NCBI GenBank assembly: GCA_950097015.1
Contig: CATNEN010000001.1
Span: forward strand, 6,200,001 to 6,264,000
Reading direction: 5' to 3'
Source of the DNA: Macrostomum hystrix
Taxonomy: Eukaryota > Animalia > Platyhelminthes
Length of the DNA stretch: 64,000 nucleotides
Shown here: piece by piece, positions 44,269 to 56,464 of the stretch
How positions within the stretch are numbered: position 1 is the first letter of the stretch
Layout: each line of letters begins with the position of its first letter
Notes under the pieces: generated by a model
Database searches by the model: none
Told to the model about the DNA's origin: nothing
What the model saw: the letters and a program-made list of their open reading frames with translations, nothing else
Translations under genes and position numbers: made by a program

Positions 44269-45934
44269 CTGAAGAAAAATAAAAGCTAGAATTAGACTAA
44301 AATCGAAATTCACTGTCAAAACATCAGAATTTAACCAAATGAATGAATATAATGAGCAATTTAGGACTGAGGGATCATTAAAATTGTTATTAAGCAAGGC
44401 TAGATAGTATTATTTTAAATGGATTTTAATACTTGATTTTAACATTTATTTTTTATTAAATAATGTACACTAAATATAAGCCATTTAGTAGGTCACAAAG
44501 CATTTGGAAAATACTTCTATTTTTTAGGCATTTTTAATGTACATAACATAGTACCTGCTTATTTAGGCCACCAAATAGTTTTTTAAAAACTATATATCCC
44601 CTTTAAGCAAAACTTTTAGAAAAGGATTCATCTAAAAGAATGTGGCTTGCTAACTTGCCACATAACTAGGCCTAGGCCACCTAGTCACCTCATTTTTTTA
44701 ATAAACATTACTACAGCAAAAAGTTGTGAGAATAACTAAAAGAAGCAACTTAACACCAACATTTAAATTAAATTTAGAATATTTTTAAATTAAATATAAA
44801 AGCGATTTTTGTGGATAATTTTTCTTATTAATGCTGGTTATAGCCACTTATAGGATAATATTTTAATGAACTAACTTAATGTCTATCTAATAAATCATTA
44901 TCAAAATTTGTCTCCACAATATAACTCTAGCACTTATCAAAGTAAGTATCAAAGTATCAAAGTAAAAAAGTGACTAAACTGCCTGCAAGCAGTTGTTTCT
45001 TGTTTCTTAAATTCAACAGTATATTTTTTAATTTGCTTTTTGTGCAGTATTTTAATATGGAATAAATATTTTCCATTTGCCTTTGGTAAATTATATTCAG
45101 ATCAGATCAGATAACTTATTTCTCTCTTAAGTGGACTAATACCCAAGCAAAGTGCAGTTGAAAACAACAATTGCAGGCCAAGGCCTTCAGCTCACTACTC
45201 AGCTTAATATGCTGAGCATATAAGAATTCCACTAAGACTTAGGCTGTCTTAAAACCAAATCTATGTATGCTGCTTAGAATGGCTAAATAAGTCCTAGTAA
45301 TAGAAAACAATAATAGCTATTACAGTATTAATAAAGGAACTGTAAGTCATGTTTATAACTTTATAGTCATCATTATGCGATTTATGCCACAATTCCTGTT
45401 GCTTCCAGTTGCTAAATAGGGCTCAGAAAGACACACTGCAATAGACAATATGAAAAAAAATATAAATTAAACTATAGTCAATCAATAGAAATTCTACGAA
45501 AGATGCTGAGTCTGCTGAGCAGACTTATGTTCGAAAACTACATTCTTAATGGTTTCGTCAGCATTCAGCTTCATCATAGAACCGACCAATCAATATACAG
45601 AAACTGTTGTCAACACTTCGCAATGTGTCTCTAATGTAAACCTTGACTTAAAAATAGATAAACAAATAAAACAACAGTAATAACGTCAAGTCAAGTAAAA
45701 TCTTATGTGTGACTTGTGGCATAATTTTTTATAAAAATAACATTATCAGCGTTAAAGTTATTCGTTTTCGTTTTTATTAGTGCATTTTTCGCTTTCTTAA
45801 TTTTTCTTGAAAGTTTATCAGTTTATCAATGAAATATCGTGCTGACCTAGGCAACTAACGACAAACGGGCAGTAACTATTCCATAAGACGCTTTTTATTG
45901 TGTAGCTATTGAGAATATCGCTTTTTATAGCGGA

Positions 45935-48900
45935 ATGGATGTCACAGGTTTTTTTGATCCAACGAAGCATGGCTTGAGATCAGATTTCCGACTTACTAAG
46001 TTATCAGATCTGAAGGGATGAGGTTGCAAAGTTCCTCAGGCGGTTTTGCACACGCTGCTAGAGGAGCTAAAATATGAACCCATGATGTGTGCTATGTCAT
46101 CAAACTCATTAAATTATTCGCCACCTGCTGTGCTTGATTCTGCTTCTAGTGTTTTTCCTGCTACACCTACTACAAGTACTTCACATACTTTGTCTTCTAC
46201 TTCTATTAGTAAACCAATTATAGGTAAGAAATAAAACTATAATTTTATAAAGCTAAACTTTGTATTTCCTTCTAGCTTTAATTGTGGCAGTTCAAATGAT
46301 TATGGATACATCATTTGAAATTGTGTTTCATAAAAAAATAGTTTTTATCAAAGAGCCAATATCTTGGCAGAGTATGCTACTATCTACCAGCCTTTAGCTA
46401 ACTATCTTTATTGTTATATGCCTATTTATGTTGCTAGTTAGGGATGTAATCAGGTTTTTTCTCCAAATATATTTATATTAGGTTATGCTTCGATTTAGGT
46501 GTACCCTAGGTATCTATGTCTTTAAAATTCATTTGTAGGGCCTAATTCCTTAAAAAATCCTTAGGCCTAACAACTACCTAGTAGTCACTTAGTTTACTTG
46601 CTTCGAATATTAACAATTGATTTTAGGTTTAAAAAATTGCAACAGCTAGAACATTTATATATCTGGAAAATTGGTTTCTTTATATTTTTATGTGATTGTT
46701 TTTATACTCTTACATTATGTCCATTAAATAGCCTTCATATTCAATAATATATAATAAATGTGATAAATTTCTTTTTATGATTAAAATTCTAAACTGAACA
46801 TAACTTTTATGTTTCAACAAACCAGTCAGTCTATTCACTTTTCTTTGATTTAACTATTAAAAATTTTATTAGCATTTGTTAGAATAATATAAAATGAATG
46901 AAGAATTCTGAAATCCTTTTAAATGGAATGATTTTTTCTGAGTTAATAGACAAGATAAATAACTATTGATAGGATAGTATTAGATAATTCCGAGGCTGCA
47001 TTTATTGGCCTCAGGCAAGGAAAGCAAGCTAAGGACAATTAAGCGTGGCCAAGTGAATTGGGGTTATAGGTGAAGTATTTCCCAATTCTCATCTATTTAG
47101 TCCTCACCCAATAGCTAGGTAAGAGGCCATTTTGTTTGTTTCATTTCAATCAGAGCCCATAAGCACTCAGATATGCAAATGCTAGCATGTATTATTATAA
47201 TAACATTGTCTTTGTTTTCTTTCCAATTGTTTGCTAATTTCAAGTTATCACTATAGTCATAGGTTTTGTCTCTTGTAATGTTGAATCATACCACTTGCTG
47301 TCAAGTTTTCTTGCCATTGTTGTAATCAAAATTAGGCTTGTAGATCTTAGTATATGTGATTGGATATATTATACTTGACATTTGTTCTAATAATAGATAA
47401 TATTATAATTAATAAACTTATGTTAGCAATCAAAGGAAGGAACTATTTGTTTCAAATAAATAAACATGACTGATCTGTTATGTGAAGTCAGATTTTGTTA
47501 ATTGTTTCTTCAAGCATGCCAATTTATAATACATAGCTAAATTTGTTTATTAAAATTTCTAGGGATTGTACAGATTATTGCTTAGAGCATTAGACTCACA
47601 AATTGAAGGTCAGGGATTCGATTGCCAACTCAACTGTAATAATGTGTGGCCTGAAGCATGATACTTAAATCTACATTGCTCTTTCACCCAGTTATTAATT
47701 GTAACCAGTTGGTGTTACTGTGGGTGGGTCTGTTGTCCCATTAGTTTATGGACTGAGCTGCTATAAGCAGCCTTCAGATGCTGCAAATCTGAACCAATTA
47801 GGGCAGGTATAATAAAAAGCAAAATTCAGAAAGGCACCAGTTTTCAGCAGTCAGGCATTCAACCTGCTAGTAATTTTGCTTTTATTTCTTAGGAATCGGC
47901 TTGGATTCCTGTGTCATTCCTCTGCGTCATGGCGGACTGCATCTAATCCAGACCACTGACTTCTTCTATCCTCTGATTGATGATCCATACACAATGGTGA
48001 GTTTCTGATGGTGTTTCATTTATTGACAAGCAAAACCAATCTTCAGCTGATTAAAGTAGATTAATTCTAATTCAGGGTCGCATCACATGTGCTAACGTTC
48101 TTAGCGATCTTTATGCTATGGGTGTTACTGAATGCGACAACATGCTCATGCTGCTAGGCGTTAGTAATAAATTGTCTGCCGAGGAGCGTGAAGTGGTTGT
48201 CAAGTTAATTATGCGTGGCTTTCGCGACTGCGCCGCCGAAGCTGGCACTTCAATTCAAGGTGGTCAGACTGTAGTTAATCCCTGGATGGTGATTGGCGGT
48301 GTTGCTACCTCAGTTTGTCTGCCTACTGAATATTGTCAACCTGATAGAGCTGTCCCAGGTGACGTTCTAGTTCTTACTAAGGCTCTAGGAACCCAGGTAA
48401 GTTGCTTGAATGTTATGATTTAGTATCATTTTTGGTTTGGTAATATAAAGTTGAAAATTGCACGACAAGCCCCAAAGTCTTCTCCGCGGCTGCGCCCCAA
48501 ACTCAGGGTCGCCAGCTCAGGGACCTTGATGCAACAGGCAAACTTGGTACTCACCCCTCTATCAGCGTTAGATACCAGATTTAATATCTTAGTTGACTAA
48601 AAAACAGTTGTTGCATTTAGATTTGCCAACTGCACTCCTAGCAAAGAATGATAAGAATTAAAATAAAGTAATAGTGTTAGTAAAGAATCCAACTATTAAA
48701 AATCTAGATATAATAAAAGAGTTATCGTAAGCTCTGAAGATGATCTTTAAATAAACGCCCGTCTCAAAGGTGGCTGTAAATGTGCACCAGTGGCTAGTTG
48801 AGCAGTCGGATCGTTGGCGCCAGGTTTCCGAAGTGATCACCGAGCAGCAAGCTCGCCAAGCGTATCAGTCTGCCGCCAGACAGATGGCTCGCTTGAATCG

Positions 48901-50764
48901 CACCGCCGCCCGGTTGATGCGCCAGTATAACGCTCACGCCTGCACAGATGTCACCGGATTTGGTCTGTTGGGTCACGCCAAAAATTTAGCAGCCTGTCAG
49001 AAGGCCGATGTGGCAATGGTGGTGCACAATCTGCCAATTCTAGCTGGTATGGCCAGTGTGAGTACGCATTTGGGCGGCGCATTTGGGCTATTGCGCGGCA
49101 CCTCTGCGGAGACGTCGGGCGGCTTGTTGGTTGCTATGACGCGAGCGGATGCGGCAGAGTATTGCAAGGTCGGTTACATGCTCCAATATTGATAGATAAA
49201 TATTTGGTGTCTCCCCTTATTTATTTCACACGTGGTAATCGTTAAGCTGAATTAAAGGGCGGATGGTAAGTGTGAGGTTCGAGTTTAAAGCAGAAGGGGA
49301 TGACGTCTCCAATCAAAAGACAAGCTCCTGAAATAAGCGCCTGAAAACGGTAGGGTAGCTGCCACCTTGGTCAGAAGGGTCGGTTGTTTCGTAGGCTTCT
49401 CTCGCCTAATAATAATAATAATAATAATTTATTACACCTGCCCCAATCGGGCCAGATGTGCAGCCGACAGCACAGCCGCAGCTATTGCGCGGCGCATCTG
49501 AAGGCTGCGTACAGCTGTTCAGTCCATGGACTGGGGGGACGCCACACCCACCTTCAAATATCCCAGCCGATGCTGGTACCCATTTAACAGCTGGGTGAAC
49601 TGAAGCAATGCAGAGTTAAGTGTCTTGCTAAAGGACACAAATTGTTTCAGTGGAGTCGGGAATCGAACCCCCGACCTTTAAGTCGTTAGTCCGACGCCCT
49701 AACCACTAGGCTACAAGCTCTCGCCTAAGACCTATTATAAAATAATTAACACCTGAAAGTCGAGACAAGTTGTCAGTGTACAAGTTCCTCACTGATAACA
49801 ACGCTGCGAAAGGAGTTTTTAAAGGCTAACCTGCGAGGCCTTAAGGAATTAACCCTTTTTAAGGTTAACTTCCTGCACCTAAATATTCGAACACCTAAAT
49901 ATCCAAACGAACCTTAGTAGTATGCCTAAAGTCTAAAGGAACCGCTTATCCAAGCGAAACCCAACGTAACCTGTAGTTCTCGCACTTAGGAATCGCTTAT
50001 CCAAACGTAACAGGTATGTTGTTCTCGCTTGCGGTAAGAATTCGCTTACCCAAACGAGCCCTTTAGTCTAGCAAGAGCTTGTCCGGACTTAAGACTTGAA
50101 ATTCGCGGCCGGCTGTCGCGCACGCAAAGTTTTTGGCCTCTTGGTCGTCTCGAATTTATACAGTTTAGACCCCTTCCTGTACTGCCATTGGCTGGAGCAT
50201 TTCAAGCGCTCTCATTGGCTGGAAAGATTCAGGCTGGCGGAATTTCCGTGGGCGTGCCAAAGTGCCATGGAAAAACCGTGGAAAACAACGGCCACAGTTC
50301 TAATACATTCTAAGAGGAAGACTAGACTAAACCACACAGCGGTGATGGCTAGCTAGACAAGGAGTGGGAGCTAGATGCAAATGTGTTGGAAATGCAATGC
50401 ACTCGGTTGCCTTTGCTATGCAATAGTTAATCCACTACTAGCAATGGTGCTGATTGTGCCCGTTCCTCTAGAGTCTAAGCAAACACTTTGGTATGTACGT
50501 CTGCCCTGAATTTCTCATCGTTATGCAGTGTACACTCTCACTGTGCCCTTGGGGTTGGCCCTTAGGTACACAATTTCGAGGTAACGAATAATAATAAACA
50601 CTGGATTATTATTGCTTATTCACTAGGCTCTAGAAGCTACGTCGTCAGCGGATGGCGGTGGCCAAGCCTGGATTGTTGGCGTTGTAGAGGCCGGCAGTAG
50701 GACGGCAGCAGTATCCGACAAGCCACGCATCATTGAAGTGTCTAGCAGCGATTCTGTGGAATAA
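45935..50764 (+). CDS. SEPHS2: Selenophosphate synthetase 2, selenoprotein (416 aa; Sec at codon 29)
   Basis: Exons 45935-46223, 47893-47996, 48076-48396, 48770-49168, 50627-50764. [20 protein letters not shown] (TGA 46019-46021), [68 protein letters not shown]. Confidence 0.95.
47572..47815 (+). mobile_element. SINE-B, old degraded copy
   Basis: tRNA-like head (ggattcgattgcc), then cacccagtt, atggactgagctgct, gcagccttcagatgc. Confidence 0.6.
48454..48557 (-). mobile_element. SINE-A head fragment
   Basis: aattgcacgacaagcccc..tctccgcggctgcgcccc..gctcagggaccttg. Confidence 0.7.
49410..49717 (-). mobile_element. SINE-B, full length and young
   Basis: tRNA head with A/B boxes, CORE-like domain, (ATT)n tail, perfect 11-bp TSD ctctcgcctaa (49399-49409 / 49718-49728). 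Confidence 0.92.
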
Positions 50765-51094
50765 AATTTGAGTTTTCTGGAGCATACAGTCTTACTCTGC
50801 ATACATTATTTAGTTCCTGGCTATCGTAATTAGGAATATATCTTGATTTCCCTATCATGAAACGTAAACACGCAATTCATTTTTAAGTTAAATGTTTGTT
50901 AAGAAGCATTTTTTAACTTTCGTTGAGTAGTTTCCCTTTTTTGATGTGCTTATTTACTGGTGTGATTTTCAGTTCCATTCATGCATCAATTAATTAAACT
51001 AATTTACAATAAAAAAATTAACTTAGTCAAACAAATAAACGTTTGCAGTGTTGATTTCAGTTTGGATCAGTTCTGGTAATAAAAGCAATTCGAG

Positions 51095-51170
51095 AACCCT
51101 GAGTATGACGACGCAGTTTGAAAATCAGTCCTATTTAGGCCTGACCGGCTGTGTCCGATTCAATGAGGAG
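51095..51170 (+). promoter_or_regulatory. SECIS element (type II) in the SEPHS2 3' UTR
   Basis: ATGAC (51105-09) and CGAT (51156-59) form the GA quartet; helix gacgcagtttg / ccggctgtgtc; unpaired AAAA 51121-24; apical mini-helix tcag/ctga. Confidence 0.88.
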
Positions 51171-51932
51171 AGCTTTGCTGGCATTGCTTGTTTCACTGTG
51201 CTAAACTTGCTCTTCTTGTGCCGATCGCTTTAAGTACTAAGCTGATTCAGCATTTGGTTTTCAGCTCTATGCCTGGCTTTGTTGTCTACTTAATTTTTTT
51301 ATTTTTTTAGTAGTAGTAAGTATAGTAGCACTAGGGAGCTTGTAGAATAGTGGCTAGAGCTTTCGATCTCTCGCTCTCACTTTGTGTTCAATTAGGCAAG
51401 ACACTTTAATTTCGCTGTGATTTAGTTAAACCCAGTTATAAAAAGTTTACAGTCTAATTTATCAGTCAATTGGGTTCTAGCTTTGAACTCGTTTTGACTC
51501 GTGATTAGAATTAGCTGCTGTATTTTTGTTTTAAATCGAAAAATAAAATCCTATCCATTGTTTCTAGCAGAAAAATTTTAATAGATGCTTCTAGATGTCA
51601 TGTGTCATCTGTTAAAATTTGTTTCCTATCCTTAAAAGTCTCTTCTACTTTTAGTACTTATTAAATTCTAGGCAAGCCTCCCTAACAATATCTTCTAAAA
51701 ATTCGGGGAATCAAGCTTCCATCACATTGTGCACAATTTAATTACGATTTTTTTAAAGTGAATGATTAGATAAACACCGCATAATAGTCGTTTAAAGTAA
51801 CAATTCAACAATCTTTTTTGGATAATCTAGTGTTAGTTTAGATTATTTTGTAAAACGCGCCTGAAAATTTTCAACCTCTGCTACATGTTTATCTTGCATA
51901 GTTATTTACTGTTTGTCAACGTAACATCCCAA

Positions 51933-53380
51933 ATGACTTCTGAACTGGCAGTTTGCGTTATCAAGTACTGCAATAAGCCAGCTGATGGAGTGGGCGTTAC
52001 CTCACTGTTTCCCATGTGCCAAGAACACATTGATGAAGATGTTCAACGACTGAAAAATCGTAGGACCGACTTTCTAAAGCGATTAGAAGAGTTGGCTTGC
52101 AAATAATCTCGGGCTGCTTTGCGATTAGAACAGCAATCCTTAGCTCTGAGCTGCAGCTAGTATTAGAAATGTTTGATTTGCTAGAAGATAGGCTGCGCCA
52201 TTTGAGATCAGTACTGACATCTAGAATACAACGTGTACAAGATGCCGTTTCTGACAAGCTAAAGGATGCCGCGGAAGCAGACATGTGCATTAAGGAGATC
52301 ACGGAGGTGCCGGTTGCTGACAAAATGCAGGAAGTGATGAAGCTGACCGTTTCAATTGAATGCTGGTTGGACAAGGCCAAAAAAGAGAGCTCAAAATTTA
52401 GCTGAGACTCGGGATAAGCTAATGATGCGACAGAACAGTGACTTGAAACTAAGATCTGTAGGCGACGTGTCGAGTGAGCAATTGCTTAAGGAAGAAGATA
52501 TGAATTCAAATTCTCAGACAGAAACTGACTCAAAGATTAAAAATCTTCCAAATAAACCGACTCATGTTGCAGTGTGCACCAATACAGCAAATTTTTAGCA
52601 ACATATCCGGTCAGGTAGTTCGTGCTTTATCTTTTCTCGATGAATGTGAGCAACTGCCCCAGCCGTGCGTGTATGTGGCGTTTGAAAACCAGATAACAGA
52701 CTATCTTTTTGTCGTTTCTCTTGATGGGTCAGTACGAGTCAGATGCCGCAACAATCAAGTTAGTCGCGAAATTCGAGGACTCGACTGCGACAGCAAGCGA
52801 CAGTTGCTCTATTTGGCCCGTGATTGATTTGAGCGGTTTGGTTATTAACATTTAGATTTGGAATCCATTGGCCGTCCTCTTAATGAAATTAGAGGCATGA
52901 CTAGTAACCTAGACAAACTGTTTCTGTTGTGCTTTGCAACAGATAGCAAGGCAATCGTGTGCGTATGACAAAAAAAATTTTCTGTCTGATTTAGAAATTG
53001 ATCACCATTCGTCTCGAGTCGCAAAGGGCAAATATAGCTTATACAAATTGTACGAGCGGTATCAGTGGCGAGCTCGTTTCATTAGTAACTGTGGACATTG
53101 CAGTCCATAAAGAATATTTACAATGTTAATTTACCCTGTGTTTCTATTACCAGGAATGGAATCCTTTTTGTTAATGAACCGAGTTCTGACCAAGTAAAAG
53201 TTTTCCTATATTACACAACCTCTCGACTATAGAATCACATTTGATAAGACACCAATCCGACACGAGACAAATAGCACATTTTTCTTTGCACGAGATCGAA
53301 GACAACAAATTGATTGCTTATCTCGACTATCCCATCTATAACGGCCATTGTCTAACGCTGTGGAAGTTTCACCGTGAGTA
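51933..53380 (+). pseudogene. Decayed paralogue 1 of the zinc-motif/coiled-coil/beta-propeller family
   Basis: CVIKYC..MCQEH, RLEQQ, VQDAVSDKLKDA, LRSVGDV, PTHVAVCTN, IRGLDCD align to 57808-59391 but across several frameshifts and stops (~52100, 52403, ~52595, 52825 onward). Confidence 0.8.
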
Positions 53381-54810
53381 CTAGCTATATGTACTCGTAC
53401 ATGTTAAAATGTTTAACATTTTTATCTAATCATTTTCCAGCCAAAACTTTCCACAACTATATTATCATATTCTACAACTATTTTTCTTAGACGCTCTTTT
53501 TTTACCGGCGTAAGTTTATGTACGTATGCTTAGGCGTGCTATAAAACCTATTGGCTATTTTAGTAGCCGTCTCTTATTTTTACTGACTGACTAATTATTG
53601 TCTCCATGTTTCATAGCCGGGCATTTGAGATTTCTAACTTCTATAAGCTACAGATAAATCCGAACATGAAGACGGTTTGTGTTACAAGCAGAGCTAAAGG
53701 TACTTCTGCGAACATTTTTTGTGGCTCGACGAATTTGTGAAATTCTACAAAGTTCGCTTTTTACAGATCACTATAGTAGGGACGTTGTCGTTTTTTTTAA
53801 GCTTGTGTTGTAATTTACCCCAAGGATTAATGAAATGTAGCTATAGTTGAATTAGGTGTACTGCCATTTACCAGGTATGTTAGTGCAGTATAAATTTTAT
53901 TGCTTGATTAACTTCTTTACCCCCGTTAAAATTATATTTTCTGTGTTTTCAAGTATTTTTTTGTTAAAATTTTCACTTATTTACTCTAAACTGTTGGTGA
54001 GTTAAATGGCGCAGAGCGCTGATCAAAAAATTTCCGGATGCGTAGAATAAAGTATTAAGTAAACTATTTTTGTTAGGGCTTTTCAAACTACTCCCCACCA
54101 GGTTCGATGCACTTTCTGATAATGTTGCATCTTTTGTCTTGCAGACCGATTGCTCGTTACAAGTTACAAGTAATAGAAGTTACATTTTGAGAGATTGATT
54201 TACTCTAACTTGGACAGATCGGTGTCGCGGACGAAATTAAAGTTACGAAGTTTAAAATCGCATTCGAAAACCAATAGTACGCTCGTAAATATTTTTTGGC
54301 GGTTGTTTTTTTTCTAGTTTTATCAGACTCCAAATAGGCGTATCGCTGGGTCACGGAAAGTACCTGCACCTTCTCCACCTGCAGATGACTGAAACGAAGC
54401 TTAGAACTAGCTGAGTCTCACCCAGCTGTTGTTTTTGCTTTTTCTCGGTTCCTTATCTTGGATTACTTATCTATGATCTGATTTAATAACTTTTTGTGAC
54501 TATTTCGTCTGCGTATGATGCCGCTTTCTTTAACAGTTTCCTACAATCAGGTGCTTAGGCTGGGCATCTCAACCTCGGAGTAAAATCTGAACAGCCTGAG
54601 CTCCCCAATTTAATTATCTTGCTCTTACGAGCTATATGTATATTTACTTAGTTAGTATAATAGACTTAAGAGGGTCGAACATTTCATCAGAAATTCTTGG
54701 CTACTATTTATAATCGTTTGTTTACTTTATGTAAGTCCGTATAATTACGTTCTGTAATAATTTACCCTAACATTTCATAATTTCCAGCAAAAGTAATTGA
54801 TAGGCTCAGA

Positions 54811-56464
54811 ATGACTAGCGAACACCGCCGAATGTGTGTTGTCAAGAGCTGTCCTTCACAGGTTGACAGTGTAAGTCCGTATTCTGGAGTCGCTCTCTGT
54901 GAGACGCATCTGGTTAGTGACTTACAAAGACTGGAGCAGAGAGAGAAAACGTTGGTTGAGAATCTTAATGTTGTCGCTGCTGGTTCGGATAAGAGTCGAC
55001 TGCGGCTAGAACAACAAGCGCTCCTGGTAGAAATTCAGGAGATTTCTGACATATTTGAAGACTTGCAGGACAGGCTGCAGCAATGGAAGGAGAAGCTCGT
55101 ATCGTGTGTGCAAGAAGCACATGCTGCGGTTGCCGATAGACTAAGCGACGCCAACAATGCCGAAGTTTATTTAAAAGATATTCAAACAGCTCGCTCGAAA
55201 GGACACTTAAGAAATTTGATGAAGTTAATTTTGTCTCTTGAGCCATTCGCTGGCGACGCTGTTGAAAGAGCGAACGAATTCGCAAGACTGCAAGAGGAAC
55301 TGCGCGATCGTTGCATGCGCCGTGATCGGCAACTCGACGACGGCCCTGACGAAAACTCTGAAGACAAAGAAAATTCAGTTGCAGAAGAGCAGGACAATGG
55401 TTCGTCTGTGGTTTATAGAGCTTTTGGGGACCTCACATAGAGTTCAGGAATTAGAACTTTTGATTGATGAGCACATGATAGATCTGATGCAAGAGTGCTC
55501 AAATGATGTAAACTCTGAATCAGAGTCTGATTGCGAAGAAGAAAAATCTACTCTAAGCGTACCAGCTGAGCCACGGTACTTGACTCTCTGTACAAACGCT
55601 AAGGGATATGCTTGCAGTTGTTCTGGACGCATTGCTCCATTGGTGTCATCGAAGGTAATTGATGGCTGGAGATTATTGCCAGAGTATTGTATTTTTGTCG
55701 CATTCAGACCGTCAGCTGCTAACTTCTTGCTTGGAATTTCCATTGATGGGCAGCACCGTGTGGTGTACTACTGCGACAGGATAGAATGGAGCAAGCCCAT
55801 TAACGGTCTCCACTGCGACAATGTGCGCCAGCAGTTCTTTTTAGCCCAGGATCATGCCGTGACCGTGACTGACTTGAGTGGCCAAGTTGTCCGAGTGGTC
55901 TTCTCCAGTGAACTAGGTTGCCCGGCTGGCAGAATTTCCGGCATGTCCTGCAGCGGGGACAAAGCATTCGTCCTGTTGCAATCTTGCCCAAAACAAAAAA
56001 TTATTTCGTTTAGCAAAGCCTCTGGGAAGTTCGAGTCAAGTCTTGAAACCGGCGCTTTCGGTGATGGTGACTTTCAAAAGCTTTGCGTTCAGGAGAGCAA
56101 GATCTGGCTTGCTGATTGGAAGGAATCAAAAGTTTTTAAGGTTTGTGGCATTACTGGTCAGTTAATAGAGACTTGCACCGACTATTTTCGATCATCAAGT
56201 GTGGAAACCCTGCCACTACATTTGACGATAGATACTGCTGGTCGCTTGTTTGTAAGTGAACTGAAGCATCATTGTGTGCACATTTTTTCCAAGAGAAGTC
56301 AGAGCTGCAAACTATATGGCATTGATGGAGCTACTCGAAACAGTGGAGATCGCTTTAATCGACCCTCCGATGTGCTAGCTTTCGAGACTGGTGAGCTCGG
56401 CGTCAAAATACTAGTCATCGCCGACCACAACAACCGAAGACTTTGTATTTATCGTCAGGTTTGA
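54811..56464 (+). CDS. Paralogue 2, split into two overlapping ORFs by one +1 frameshift at ~55437
   Basis: 54811-55440 aligns to the N-half and 55439-56464 to the C-half of paralogue 3; no other lesion seen. Confidence 0.7.

Noticed and set aside
45495-45585. C/D snoRNA or hammerhead-like motif on - between HRI and SEPHS2 (ATGATGA, CTGA, GAAAC, hairpin agtctgct/agcagact)
   Set aside because: No terminal D box or terminal stem; hammerhead core is non-canonical.
46019-46021. Premature stop making SEPHS2 a pseudogene
   Set aside because: It is at the conserved Sec position, the rest of the gene is intact and a SECIS is present.
49650-49717. tRNA-Val-like genes here and at ~38005-38072
   Set aside because: Poor acceptor and anticodon stems, anticodon differs between copies, and both continue into a SINE body.
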